Virus record (IMG/VR): IMGVR_UViG_3300042546_000155
Source of the DNA: a virus
DNA length: 64,000 nucleotides
Direction: 5' to 3' (one strand)
A model generated the notes under the pieces. It was not told the DNA's origin, made no database searches, and saw only the letters and a list, made by a program, of their open reading frames with translations. Position 1 is the stretch's first letter, and every line of letters begins with the position of its first letter. A program made the translations under genes and the position numbers. This document shows, piece by piece, positions 47,286 to 57,484 of the stretch.

Positions 47286-49066
47286 AACTCTCTTGTTGGA
47301 ATCTTACCCTCTAGTAGATCGGAGATTTCTTCACCCGATAGAGTTTCGTATTCTAACAGACCATTAGCAAGTTTGTCAAGGTCTTTTCTTTTCTCTGTAA
47401 GGATTTTCTTAGCAGTAAGATATCCTTCTTCAACAAGCCGCTTGATTTCCATATCGACTACCTTCTGAGTTTCTTCGGCAATCTTTGGTGCATGGAACAT
47501 ATCTGCACCTGGTGTTGAGTATGCCATACGACCTAGAACAGGAGAGAAACCATACTCGGTGACCATAGAACGAGCAAGTTGAGTTGCCATCTGAATGTCA
47601 CCAGATGCACCAGAAGATACCTTGTCATCACCAAAGATCATTTCTTCTGCTACACGACCACCCATAGCCATTGCTAGATTGGCGATCATTTCATCATAGT
47701 GCATGGAGATTTTATCTCGCTCTGGTAGGGACTGAACCATACCCAAAGCACGACCACGAGGAATGATTGTTGCTTTGTGAATTGGAACAGAACCAGGCAT
47801 GTTAAGAGAGACTAGAGCATGACCAGCTTCGTGATATGCAGTCATCTTCTTTTCTTCGTCAGTCATCATTAGTGAACGACGCTCAGGACCCATAAGGATC
47901 TTATCACGAGCATCTTCAAACTCCATACTAGTAACGATACGCTTTGATCTTCTAGCAGCAAGCAAAGCCGCTTCATTGACTAGATTAGCAAGGTCAGCAC
48001 CAGAGAAGCCAGGTGTTCCCTTTGCAACTCGCTTTAGATCAACATCAGAACCAATTGGAACCTTGCGAGTATGAACCTTAAGGATCTTTTCACGACCAAT
48101 AAAGTCTGGGTTAGGAACTTGAATCTGACGATCAAAACGACCAGGGCGCAATAGAGCCTTATCTAGAACATCTGCACGGTTTGTAGCAGCGACAATGATA
48201 ATGCCTTCATTAGTTTCAAAGCCATCCATTTCAACTAGCATAGCGTTTAGTGTTTGATCACGCTCATCATTACCTGATATACCGTTTGCTCTTGAACGAC
48301 CAACAGCATCGATTTCGTCAATGAAGATAATGCATGGTGCATTCTTCTTTGCTTGTTCAAACATATCTCTAACACGACTAGCACCAACGCCGACGAACAT
48401 TTCAACGAAGTCGGAACCAGAGATAGAGAAGAAAGGAACATTTGCTTCACCAGCAACCGCTCTTGCTAACAGTGTCTTACCTGTTCCTGGAGGTCCGACG
48501 AGTAGAACACCCTTTGGAATCTTTCCACCAAGTCTATGAAACTTTTCTGGTGATTGTAGAAACTCTACAACCTCTTGCAAGTCTTCTTTGGCATGATCAA
48601 CACCAGCAACATCATCGAATGTTACCTTAGTCTGATTTTCAGTAAGAAGTTTGGCCTTAGACTTACCAAGTCCCATAACACCGCCCGGACCTCCGGCTCG
48701 ACCTCGTGATAGAAAAATCCATAGTGCGAAGAATAGGAAAACAGGAAGTAGATTGATCAATAGACCAAACCAAAAATTACCTTGTTCTTCTTTAACTGTG
48801 ATATTTACTTTGTGCTGTTCAAGGCGAGGGAGTAGATTACTAACTCCGGTGACTGTGGTGGTGAACTGTCGGTTATCCATATAATGTCCGACAACTTCGG
48901 TTCCTATAATTGTTACATCATGAACTCTTCCAGCATCGACTTGTGCAATAAAGTCACTGTAGCCGATTTCACTGATTGCTTTCTGTTTAGGATTATCAAA
49001 CATAAAGGCAACTAGACCGATGGTCAGTCCAATAAGTATAATCCATGGTAAATTCTTTTTAATCAT
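47282..49066 (-). CDS. ftsH: ATP-dependent zinc metalloprotease FtsH
   Basis: Two N-terminal TMs, [39 protein letters not shown]; TATAAATA at 49093-49100. Confidence 0.97.
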   Translation of the reverse strand: MIKKNLPWIILIGLTIGLVAFMFDNPKQKAISEIGYSDFIAQVDAGRVHDVTIIGTEVVGHYMDNRQFTTTVTGVSNLLPRLEQHKVNITVKEEQGNFWFGLLINLLPVFLFFALWIFLSRGRAGGPGGVMGLGKSKAKLLTENQTKVTFDDVAGVDHAKEDLQEVVEFLQSPEKFHRLGGKIPKGVLLVGPPGTGKTLLARAVAGEANVPFFSISGSDFVEMFVGVGASRVRDMFEQAKKNAPCIIFIDEIDAVGRSRANGISGNDERDQTLNAMLVEMDGFETNEGIIIVAATNRADVLDKALLRPGRFDRQIQVPNPDFIGREKILKVHTRKVPIGSDVDLKRVAKGTPGFSGADLANLVNEAALLAARRSKRIVTSMEFEDARDKILMGPERRSLMMTDEEKKMTAYHEAGHALVSLNMPGSVPIHKATIIPRGRALGMVQSLPERDKISMHYDEMIANLAMAMGGRVAEEMIFGDDKVSSGASGDIQMATQLARSMVTEYGFSPVLGRMAYSTPGADMFHAPKIAEETQKVVDMEIKRLVEEGYLTAKKILTEKRKDLDKLANGLLEYETLSGEEISDLLEGKIPTREF

Positions 49067-49095
49067 ATCAAACTTCCTTAAGTTTATCGAAGTAT

Positions 49096-50172
49096 TTATA
49101 CAGTCTCGACCTGTAAGGCCTCATTGTATATGTCCATCATAAAGTGTTTCATTTTACCGCTATCTAATGGTAATGTTAGCGTATCGATATACTTACGAAG
49201 GATCGTAGGGGTATCTTCCGCTTCATTTACTTCGTCTGCTTCTTCGTTCTCTAAGAGAACTGTTGGATCTTCTACGACCGTGATATCTAAAGGACTTGCC
49301 TTATAGATAGAATCAAATAGTAGATCGAAGGCATATGGGTTAGACTTATTGATAACAACAAGCTTAACATAAGTATTCTTATATCTAGAAAAGTCTGTTT
49401 TCTGTATCTTCTCTACGATTTCAGGATTAGCAACATCATCATACTTTGCAATCCTAAACATTCTATATGGATTCTGGACGAACTCTAAAACTCTGGACCC
49501 CGTATCAAATAACGAAAAACCTCGGGGATCATTATAATCATGCCAAGTATATTCTCCAAAAGCGCCAATATAGGATACATTACCAATAGTGCTACGATGA
49601 TGATAGTGACCTGAATATACCTTATCAAATTTATCAAATGCGATGCGTTCCATACCATGGTCTGATATCTGTCCTCTATGCATTGTAAAGCCTGTCAACT
49701 CAAGGTGACCCATGAGAATAGATGCTTTAGGTTTGGTGATTGCTTCTAGTGCTTCTGCACGATTGGAGTCTGTGATCCATGGCATTAGCTGAATGTCTAA
49801 GCCATCAATGTTGATGATTTCAGGAACTGAATAGATGTTAATATTAGAGTATCTACCACGGACAACTTCGTCTAGAGCATTGACCTCGTGAGTATCTTTG
49901 TAATACATATCATGATTACCAACAACGATATGCGTTTCAATACCTCTTTCTGCTAGAGGTTCAAAGAAATCTTCACGAAGGCGCTTGGCAGACATAAAGT
50001 TGATATACTTACGGCGATCATAGATATCACCAAGATGAATGATATGCTTGATACCATGTTCATCAATCTGATTGAAAAACCATTGCCAACATTGCTTTTG
50101 ATACAACTGAAATGCCGGGTTGTCATTTCTGACCCCGGCATGTGTATCTGTTACCATCGCAATCTTTGCCAT
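49096..50172 (-). CDS. 47: recombination endonuclease nuclease subunit (gp47, Mre11/SbcD-like)
   Basis: DTH, GDIYD, GNHD, GHLE, SGHYH. Confidence 0.95.
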   Translation of the reverse strand: MAKIAMVTDTHAGVRNDNPAFQLYQKQCWQWFFNQIDEHGIKHIIHLGDIYDRRKYINFMSAKRLREDFFEPLAERGIETHIVVGNHDMYYKDTHEVNALDEVVRGRYSNINIYSVPEIINIDGLDIQLMPWITDSNRAEALEAITKPKASILMGHLELTGFTMHRGQISDHGMERIAFDKFDKVYSGHYHHRSTIGNVSYIGAFGEYTWHDYNDPRGFSLFDTGSRVLEFVQNPYRMFRIAKYDDVANPEIVEKIQKTDFSRYKNTYVKLVVINKSNPYAFDLLFDSIYKASPLDITVVEDPTVLLENEEADEVNEAEDTPTILRKYIDTLTLPLDSGKMKHFMMDIYNEALQVETV

Positions 50173-50235
50173 ACCCAATCCTTAAAGTCTAGTATTAAGT
50201 TCAAAGAAACAGTATATATCATAAAGATGATATTG

Positions 50236-50618
50236 TCAATCGTCTTTGGTAATTTCATTATAGATATCAACCTCGGATTGTCTTATCCATCCCAAATTGA
50301 TCATTCTACGAAACACCTTCTGCTTATCCTCAGGGTTAAGCGGAACAGGTTCTACGATCTTATCACAAAACCATTCTAAGTTTTGCTCAATCTCTTTAAC
50401 AATATCATCCGTGTCCATTATCGTGGTCCCATCTTATATCGAGTTGACTGAACCATTTCCTGATCATATTCTAGTAAAGCCTTATCAATAGCTTTACGAA
50501 TACCTTCTAGTCTCATTCGATAGTTACTACGAATATGAACACGCTCACCTTTATTCTTAAGGGATGTGATCAATGTCTGTACCTGAAAGGGCACATCATA
50601 CTGATTCTCTTCCGTCAT
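50236..50618 (-). CDS. two small hypothetical genes (50236-50418, 50418-50618)
   Basis: Coupled ORFs between genes 55 and 47. Confidence 0.55.
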
Positions 50619-51183
50619 CATTCTCTCCTTCAACAAACTTTTCTAAGCCTTCCTTGGCCTTCTTTCTTTCGAGTTTCTTTAGAAGTTCTCTTTCCTCAAA
50701 ATCTCGTATGAAGTCATTAATGTTATCATAGATGTTTGAAGAAATCAAGTGATTTCCATCGGCATCAATCATAAGTGAGGCATCATTAGTATGCAGAACA
50801 CTTTCTTGAAACCTCTTATACATTATATATTTGTTCTTCTTTTCTTTGTTCTTCCTTCTCTGAAAGGCGTAGTAACTAATCTGTGTGAAGTATGCAAAGG
50901 GGTTCTCTGACTTCTCGGGATTGAAGTTATCGAAATACATGAAACAGTTTTCAATTGCATCCGATATCATTTCATCACGATATGAGTAGTTCATGAACAA
51001 AGGCTTGGTGCTAAGATGCTCCGCAATGTCCTTAATACACTTACCAATGTAGTTTGAGATAACAGGCTTTGTTAGTCCATGCTGTTCTGCATAGGCACAC
51101 TGTTTCTTGTATTCTACAATCTCTTCCAAAAACTTCTTATTATCTACATAATGACGCTTAACTTTTTTTGCCATTTTATTCAC
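50596..51183 (-). CDS. 55: late-transcription sigma factor (gp55)
   Basis: HYVDNKKF, YIGKC, YSYRDEMISDAIENC, NPFAYFTQI. Confidence 0.95.
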   Translation of the reverse strand: MNKMAKKVKRHYVDNKKFLEEIVEYKKQCAYAEQHGLTKPVISNYIGKCIKDIAEHLSTKPLFMNYSYRDEMISDAIENCFMYFDNFNPEKSENPFAYFTQISYYAFQRRKNKEKKNKYIMYKRFQESVLHTNDASLMIDADGNHLISSNIYDNINDFIRDFEERELLKKLERKKAKEGLEKFVEGENDDGRESV

Positions 51184-51201
51184 TTTCTTTCATTTTTGGG
51201 C

Positions 51202-51309
51202 TTGACAACATTTTCAACTTAGGGTATAATGGTCTTTAAGAAACCACCACCTAAACCTTAACCAAGAGCAACCGTCGAGCGAAGCGAGACAAACTTGCGT
51301 TAGCAAGTT
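51202..51309 (+). promoter_or_regulatory. counter-oriented consensus sigma70 promoter followed by two hairpins (candidate origin or small RNA)
   Basis: TTGACA-N17-TATAAT at 51202-51230; GTC-GA-GC-GAA-GC-GA-GAC (51274-51290); AACTTGC-GTTA-GCAAGTT (51292-51309). Confidence 0.6.
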
Positions 51310-51313
51310 CACC

Positions 51314-51619
51314 TTACTTGAACCCTGGTTCGGTAAGTGTAATAAGTTTCGCTATCTGCTTCTCAAGGATAGGACCTCTGTTAGGCCACTTGATGATAGG
51401 CTGATCGGAGTTCTTTGCTAGGTTCTGTAGCAAAGGCATATAAATCTTCCTAATAGCTTCTAATCTCTTTTTAAGATCGGCCACTTCGTCTTGTGTCGGT
51501 GCGATGGCGTCTGCGATAATGTCGTCTTCGTTACCGAAAGAAAAGCCGAAATCATCGGTTAGGTCCGCATCGTCAAATGTGAGATATGGATTAGTTTCTT
51601 TTGTGGTGGTCGTTGCCAT
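51314..51619 (-). CDS. hypothetical protein
   Basis: DFGFSF...PLLQNLAKN...IKWPNR. Confidence 0.7.
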   Translation of the reverse strand: MATTTTKETNPYLTFDDADLTDDFGFSFGNEDDIIADAIAPTQDEVADLKKRLEAIRKIYMPLLQNLAKNSDQPIIKWPNRGPILEKQIAKLITLTEPGFK

Positions 51620-52032
51620 TAGTGATATATCCTTTTCTGTGCGAATGCTTCAAGAGCCTCGGCTATACTATCTTCCTGTTCTTCTGTAAGACTTAGTTCG
51701 TCATTGGCAGGATCATTATACTTTAGGTACTCACTAACACTTTCCCAATAGGACGCATTAGTTTTTTCTGATACATCTGTTATTATCATAATTTTTTCGG
51801 ATTGTAAAGTAAATTCTTGCGTTTCAACCATTCTAGGAAAGACCCATGGCATAAAAGCAATACTATAGAAGCCAGTTTTCTCAGAAGGTATATAAACAAC
51901 TTTAAGAGGATGATAAAGATGATACATTAGATTATCATCATCACCAACCTCTACTACTTCCGCTATTAAATCATCCCCATTATCGAGACGAATAAACTTT
52001 GCTCTAGGATATTCACTGTAATCATCCATCAT
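51619..52032 (-). CDS. conserved hypothetical protein downstream of uvsW
   Basis: IRLDNGDDLIAEV...FMPWV. Confidence 0.7.
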   Translation of the reverse strand: MMDDYSEYPRAKFIRLDNGDDLIAEVVEVGDDDNLMYHLYHPLKVVYIPSEKTGFYSIAFMPWVFPRMVETQEFTLQSEKIMIITDVSEKTNASYWESVSEYLKYNDPANDELSLTEEQEDSIAEALEAFAQKRIYH

Positions 52033-53504
52033 CTATCCTTCATGTTTATTTTGTAGATTTTGAACTCGAACCCTTCTTCACCATAGACTTTGAGTCTTTC
52101 AAAGAAATGCTTAAGGGTAAAGTTCTCTCTTGCTTTCCACTTAAAGTCATCGGCAATGTCATAGAGAGTGGCGGATTTTTTCTTGTCACTAACCCGAAGC
52201 CCTCTACCGATTGATTGTAAGTTACGGATCTTGGACTTGGAAGGAGATGCAAATATGACGTTATCCAAGGCCACGATGTTAGTACCAGTAGACAAAACAC
52301 CAACGGACCCAACAATAATAGCATTACGCTCGTTCTCGACGATCCTTCGAATTTCTTCTCGGTCTTCAACCTCAGTTCCTCCATGTATATAAAATACTTT
52401 TCTGCCTTCTTTTACACGCTTATTTAGCATGTCGTATAAAACGGCTCCATGCTTCTCCACATAGTTAAATAGCAGTAGAGTATTGCCCTCTAAGGAGAGG
52501 GCAAGATTTACAATGAACTTGTTTCGCTCCTTATTAGATACAATATAGTCAATCTCTGCCTGATAGTCGGCAGTCTTCATATACTGACATTCTTCGTCAG
52601 AGTATTTTAGCAACAGGCACTTGATGGTTAGTTTAGCAAGCTGTTCCTTATCCATCAGTTCTTTAGATGTAGTTGCTTTATAGATTTCACCAAACAAACC
52701 GGTAAGCACCCATTCATGCGTCTTAGCACCAGATAGAGTACCAGTAACACCGATACGATACGCAGCATTGGTACACTTAGAAATGATATCAGATAGTGCC
52801 TTTGCTTGTGCTTGATGAACTTCGTCACAGATTACATAATCAAACTTCTGAAAGTATTCTTTAGGTAATCTTTGTAGTGACTGCCAGGTAGATATGATGA
52901 TAGGATGCTCTGCCTCTTTATCACGACCTGAATATACTCTCCAACAATACTTATTCATATCCTTACCATTCTTTACAGAATAGTCTTGAAAGTCGGAGAA
53001 TAACTGTTCTACAAGCGCCGACCTAGGAACGATGATAAGACCTCTCTTCCCTTTGGTAAGCAAATACATAGAGACCAAGTAAAGAAGCAAAGACTTGCCT
53101 GAACCAGTAGGAGACAGCACAAGACGACGCTTAGAGCGTATTGCGTGAACGAAAGAGTTAAGCTGATAGTCTCTAGGAGGATGCTTGGGGTTGAGTTTTT
53201 CAATAAACTCATTTGCTTCTTCCACTGAAAATGATGTGCCATACTGTTCATCCTCATACTCATAGGTATAACCTCTCTTGCGTATCCACTCCATTACCTG
53301 AGGAGCAAGACCACGAAGAATGATACGCTTATTGGCATCAAAGAGGCGAAGATATCCATCCCAGAGTTTCATTTTGTAAGAAGGGACAAATTGAAACCCG
53401 GGAGGACGGAATGAGAATGCGTCTCTGAGTTCCCATGCTACACCTTCACTACAGGTGACATGAATATAAGACTCATTCAAATTCCTAATGATCAAGTGTT
53501 CCAT
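52029..53504 (-). CDS. uvsW: SF2 DNA helicase UvsW
   Basis: PRDYQ, SPTGSGKS, DEVH, TGT, QSIGRGLR. Confidence 0.95.
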   Translation of the reverse strand: MEHLIIRNLNESYIHVTCSEGVAWELRDAFSFRPPGFQFVPSYKMKLWDGYLRLFDANKRIILRGLAPQVMEWIRKRGYTYEYEDEQYGTSFSVEEANEFIEKLNPKHPPRDYQLNSFVHAIRSKRRLVLSPTGSGKSLLLYLVSMYLLTKGKRGLIIVPRSALVEQLFSDFQDYSVKNGKDMNKYCWRVYSGRDKEAEHPIIISTWQSLQRLPKEYFQKFDYVICDEVHQAQAKALSDIISKCTNAAYRIGVTGTLSGAKTHEWVLTGLFGEIYKATTSKELMDKEQLAKLTIKCLLLKYSDEECQYMKTADYQAEIDYIVSNKERNKFIVNLALSLEGNTLLLFNYVEKHGAVLYDMLNKRVKEGRKVFYIHGGTEVEDREEIRRIVENERNAIIVGSVGVLSTGTNIVALDNVIFASPSKSKIRNLQSIGRGLRVSDKKKSATLYDIADDFKWKARENFTLKHFFERLKVYGEEGFEFKIYKINMKDR

Positions 53505-53956
53505 TATCTACCGTCAAAGTGCTTTCTATAGTCTGTGTATGTCTTTAGGTCCCATGTGCGATTGTTTAGAGATTTAAGAACAAACTCGCAATAGGAGACA
53601 ATTTCTTCGTGTGCTATTTTCTTAAGCAACAGTTTATTTAGTTCGGGATCAGTTTCGAGTAGTCTAGCAATCTTGGGGTTAGAATGAACATGCTGCATAT
53701 ACTCCCAACCACGCTTATCACATTCTTCCTGTGTAAGATGACCAGCATAGTAATCTTCACGCAAGCCTTTCATGTTTTTAAAGTCCGTATCTATCTTACG
53801 GACAAGATGACGATGATAGGACATAATGTTAAGATACTTACCGTGTAGATTGGAAATCTTCAAGAGTTCCAAATCAATAGCGGAAGAATCGAGTTTAGTA
53901 TCCTCTGACCATTCCTTCATCAAATCTTCAATAGCTACTGGTGGTTTAAGATTCAC
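53504..53956 (-). CDS. uvsY: recombination mediator UvsY
   Basis: WSEDTKLD...LHGKYL...YYAG...LNNRTW; position upstream of uvsW. Confidence 0.8.
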   Translation of the reverse strand: MNLKPPVAIEDLMKEWSEDTKLDSSAIDLELLKISNLHGKYLNIMSYHRHLVRKIDTDFKNMKGLREDYYAGHLTQEECDKRGWEYMQHVHSNPKIARLLETDPELNKLLLKKIAHEEIVSYCEFVLKSLNNRTWDLKTYTDYRKHFDGR

Positions 53957-54007
53957 CGCATACCTCCATGTGACAAAAATACTAACAATTATAGTGGAAA
54001 TAAACGG

Positions 54008-54532
54008 TTATGTCAAGCGTTCAATTTCAAACACATCGTAACGGAATGTGAAGTCTGCGGTAGGAATGTTATCAGCATCTTGCTTGGTGTCAAAGTTGAT
54101 ACCGCCAACATCTGTGGGGTGACAGTTCAAGAATTTGATACGAATATTAGGATTGTTAGAGTTTGTATTGATTGTTAGATATCCATCAAAGTAAAGAGGA
54201 TTAGTATCTTTCAATGATCTTCTTGGATACTTATCAAGATTAGAAGATTGTCCTAGACTATTCATCCACTTGTATGTTTCATGCCATACACGCAAATCTT
54301 CGTCCATCAATGCGGTAATCACTAATGGCTCAAATGTCATTTTACTGCCGTGTCTATATGTATCAACGAAAGGAGTAGGAACAGCAATAGGAGTTAATGA
54401 CACAGAAGGAATTGTGACTGTCTGACAAAAGTATCTTAGAAATGGCTTATCAGGAATAAAGAAAGTAAACTTCGTAGGTTGAAGAATAGATGTATTCTCT
54501 GGTGTAGTTGTCAGAACTGATTTGGTTGTCAT
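54008..54532 (-). CDS. 3: tail tube terminator / completion protein (gp3-like)
   Basis: LQPTKF, YFCQTVTIP, DEDL..W..Y.W, FTFRY; late promoter at 54550-54557. Confidence 0.75.
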   Translation of the reverse strand: MTTKSVLTTTPENTSILQPTKFTFFIPDKPFLRYFCQTVTIPSVSLTPIAVPTPFVDTYRHGSKMTFEPLVITALMDEDLRVWHETYKWMNSLGQSSNLDKYPRRSLKDTNPLYFDGYLTINTNSNNPNIRIKFLNCHPTDVGGINFDTKQDADNIPTADFTFRYDVFEIERLT

Positions 54533-54560
54533 TAGATTCCTCCGTCAGTTATTTAGTCAT

Positions 54561-54588
54561 AAAAAAAGCGGAGCCCGAAGGCCCCGCT
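54561..54588 (-). terminator. intrinsic terminator after the major capsid gene
   Basis: AGCGGGGCC-TTCG-GGCTCCGCT-TTTTTT. Confidence 0.9.
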
Positions 54589-54619
54589 CTTAAGTTTTGG
54601 CTTTCGCCACGCATCTAAC

Positions 54620-55969
54620 TTAGGTTAGATTGCGAACACGGAAGATACGGTAGTAGATGTTTGCCTGACCGGAAACATCACGGCTACCAACAACGCCGTC
54701 ACCAGCGGTGGTTGCGAATGGGTTAGCAACCATGCCGTAACGAGTCTTGAAGCCAATCTTTGGCTGGAAGGTATCCTGACCGATTGCACGGACCATCTGT
54801 AGTGGAACGTATGGGCAGTAGAATAGACCAGCGTCGAATGGTGAAGAACCACGATAACCAACGGTTACTAGCTCGTCGCCGTTTGCTGAACCACCGAAGT
54901 AAGGATCGATATAAACCTTAATACGGCCGTGTAGCATACCAACGAAGGTGTTGCCAGTATCGTCAACGGTTAGGTCGGCTGATAGGGCTGGGGTGTAAGA
55001 AAGAACACCAGCCATAGCCATAGCAGATGCAACGTCTGATGAAACGATCAGAACGTTACCCTTACCACGGCGGGTAGCCTTAGCAATAGCATTAGCTTCA
55101 CGCTCAATGTGGAAGATAAGTCCCTTGAACTTCTCAACTGACCAACGGCCGTTTGAGTCTGTGTCAAGATCGAATGTACCAGCGGTTGTAACACCATACT
55201 GAGCACCAACTGTTGCTGAACGATAAATTGTGCGGATAACCTCACGATTGATTTCAGCAAGAATCTCTGTTGAGAGAATGTTGGCTAGCTCGGTCTCAGC
55301 ATCAAGGCCGTGAATTGCCTTAAGATCCTGAGCAAGCTCGGTGGTGTATTCTGCCTTTAGCGCACGGCTGCGAGCAGTAACAGTAACCTTATCGATGGCG
55401 AAAGCCATTTCAGCGAATGCGTTTGAAGCTGCATCGCCTAGTGCTTCTGCCTGTGCTGTGGTCATACCAACGCCAGTTGGGAATGAGTTAGCAGTCCAGT
55501 TAGCACCTTCTGCGAATGGGTTATTGTTGCCGGCTGGCTGTGAACCGTTAAGAGCAGAAGTATTACCGGTTGCATTCTGTGATGAGAAAGCAGTATTGGC
55601 TTCATAGAATAGAGCCTCGCTGCCACCCATTGACTTATACTTTGAACGCATTGCGAAGATTAGGCCGGTTGGACCGGTCATTGGCTGAACGCCGCAAACG
55701 TCATAAGCGATTAGGTTTGGAAGCGCACGGCGAACTAGGGAGATAAGAATTGGGTCGTATGAAGCGACATTAGTTCCGGTACCTAGACCACCACCAGAGT
55801 TAGTTGGAGCGGCTTCGTTTAGTGTGCGGCTTTCCTCAGCCATTGCCTTTTCCTGGTTCTCAAGAATAACGGCAGTAACGGCACGACGATAAGCATCCTT
55901 GATCTTACCAGCGCCGTCGTGGTCAAGAACTGGGGACCACTTGTTTTCTAGCTGTTCTGTTAAATACAT
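54620..55969 (-). CDS. 23: major capsid protein (gp23)
   Basis: KWSPVL, GVQPMTGPTGLIFAMR, SRALKAEYT.ELAQDLKAIHGLDAE, FYCPYVPL, FQPKIGFKTRYG. Confidence 0.98.
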   Translation of the reverse strand: MYLTEQLENKWSPVLDHDGAGKIKDAYRRAVTAVILENQEKAMAEESRTLNEAAPTNSGGGLGTGTNVASYDPILISLVRRALPNLIAYDVCGVQPMTGPTGLIFAMRSKYKSMGGSEALFYEANTAFSSQNATGNTSALNGSQPAGNNNPFAEGANWTANSFPTGVGMTTAQAEALGDAASNAFAEMAFAIDKVTVTARSRALKAEYTTELAQDLKAIHGLDAETELANILSTEILAEINREVIRTIYRSATVGAQYGVTTAGTFDLDTDSNGRWSVEKFKGLIFHIEREANAIAKATRRGKGNVLIVSSDVASAMAMAGVLSYTPALSADLTVDDTGNTFVGMLHGRIKVYIDPYFGGSANGDELVTVGYRGSSPFDAGLFYCPYVPLQMVRAIGQDTFQPKIGFKTRYGMVANPFATTAGDGVVGSRDVSGQANIYYRIFRVRNLT

Positions 55970-56008
55970 TTTAGTTTCCTTCTTTCTGTTAACTAAAGTT
56001 AGTTTAAA

Positions 56009-57442
56009 TTACTTTGGGAGAGTTCTGCCAAGGGCCTGAACATAACGAGCCATTGGACCTTCAAGATTGCTCTCGTTGATTACTGATGGATCGCTTGACT
56101 CAACTAGGTCTAGAACGCCATCTGCCTTAACAGCAGTTGGGAAATAGTTCTCCCTTAGTGTTGAAATCTTATCGATAAATTCTTCGTCTGATGTATAGGT
56201 AACGTTCTCGGCAAGACCCTTTAGCTTCTCTGCCTGAGTTGATGTTAGACCTTCACAAACAGCAGAAACTAGCTCATACTTGCGTGATTCGTTAAGTGCA
56301 GATGATAGTGCAACATTGCGCTCAATTTCTTCGTTAAGTTTGGCTTCTAGTTCCTCAACTGTTGCTGATAGTTCCTCAACTACAGGTACAGAATCCTCTG
56401 GAATGTCGATATAGTGTTCAGCGAATAGGGCACGAAGACCACTGATGAAATCTTCTGTAAGTTCGCTACGGAGAGCGGACTCAACAGCAACTTCATTTTC
56501 TTCAATCCACTGTTCAACAACATAGTTTAGATAGTCATCAACGTCGGTTGATAGCTGTTCGTAGATTTCAGCAACTCTTTCTTCTAGAGTTTCGGCATAA
56601 GCCTGCTCTAGTAGAGCTACTTCCTCTTCTAGCTTTGCCTTAACGGCTGCTTCGAAGATTGTTGTTGCCTTAGCATGGAACTCCTCAGAAAGGTTCTCAC
56701 CTTCTAGAAGGGCATCAACATGCTCTGACATATCAACTTCGTATGTCTCTAGTGATTCTGCAATCTCATCTGATTCCTCTGAGACGAACTCAAAGTTCTC
56801 ATCGATAGCAGCAAGAATTTCTTCTTCATCAAGACCAGCTTCGATGGCTTCTGCAATAAAGTCTTCTAGTTCTTCTGAAAGTTCTAGTTCTTCATCGCAC
56901 TTTTCTTTACCTTCGTGCTTCTCATCTTCATCTTCTTTTTCTTCTTTGTCTTCTTTTTCTTCTTTGTCGTGCTTACGGGCTTCTTTAAGAGCCTTAATGC
57001 GCTCGGCTAGAGTTGGAGCATTTTCTTCTTCAACTACTTCACCTTCATTTACTTCATCTTCTGATAGCTTCTTAGTTGGCTCGGGTGCAACTGAACCCTT
57101 ACCAGCACGAGAAGAATCCTTACCAACTGCTGATGCAGCGGCAGCGCCTAGATTGCCTGATGGAAGTGAAGTTGGTGTCTGTCCACCAATATCCTGCTGC
57201 TGACCTTCGAAATCAGCATTATCAGAAGAACCAGCACCGTTCTGTGAACGCTTCTTATCTTCTTTCATCTTTGAACCTGGGCGTAGTGTCTTAGCATTGC
57301 CTGTTGAAGCGGTAGAAGGATCTACAGGATCAGGATTCGATACGCCACCATTACCCACTGATGGATAAGGATTGCTACCATAACCTTCCCCTAGAGTCTT
57401 TCCCTCTAGAACAGCCTTTGCTGCTTCTGTTAATGATGCCAT
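56009..57442 (-). CDS. 22: prohead core scaffold (gp22)
   Basis: LSEEF..KATTIFEAAV, DYLNYVVEQW, FISGLRALFAEHYI; late promoter at 57473-57480. Confidence 0.92.
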   Translation of the reverse strand: MASLTEAAKAVLEGKTLGEGYGSNPYPSVGNGGVSNPDPVDPSTASTGNAKTLRPGSKMKEDKKRSQNGAGSSDNADFEGQQQDIGGQTPTSLPSGNLGAAAASAVGKDSSRAGKGSVAPEPTKKLSEDEVNEGEVVEEENAPTLAERIKALKEARKHDKEEKEDKEEKEDEDEKHEGKEKCDEELELSEELEDFIAEAIEAGLDEEEILAAIDENFEFVSEESDEIAESLETYEVDMSEHVDALLEGENLSEEFHAKATTIFEAAVKAKLEEEVALLEQAYAETLEERVAEIYEQLSTDVDDYLNYVVEQWIEENEVAVESALRSELTEDFISGLRALFAEHYIDIPEDSVPVVEELSATVEELEAKLNEEIERNVALSSALNESRKYELVSAVCEGLTSTQAEKLKGLAENVTYTSDEEFIDKISTLRENYFPTAVKADGVLDLVESSDPSVINESNLEGPMARYVQALGRTLPK

Positions 57443-57484
57443 TGGAATGATACTCCTTTTATTCCTAATTGTTATTTAGTATTT

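Noticed and set aside
56925-56970. Short tandem repeat in gp22
   Set aside because: Encodes low-complexity DKEEKE; ordinary for a scaffold protein
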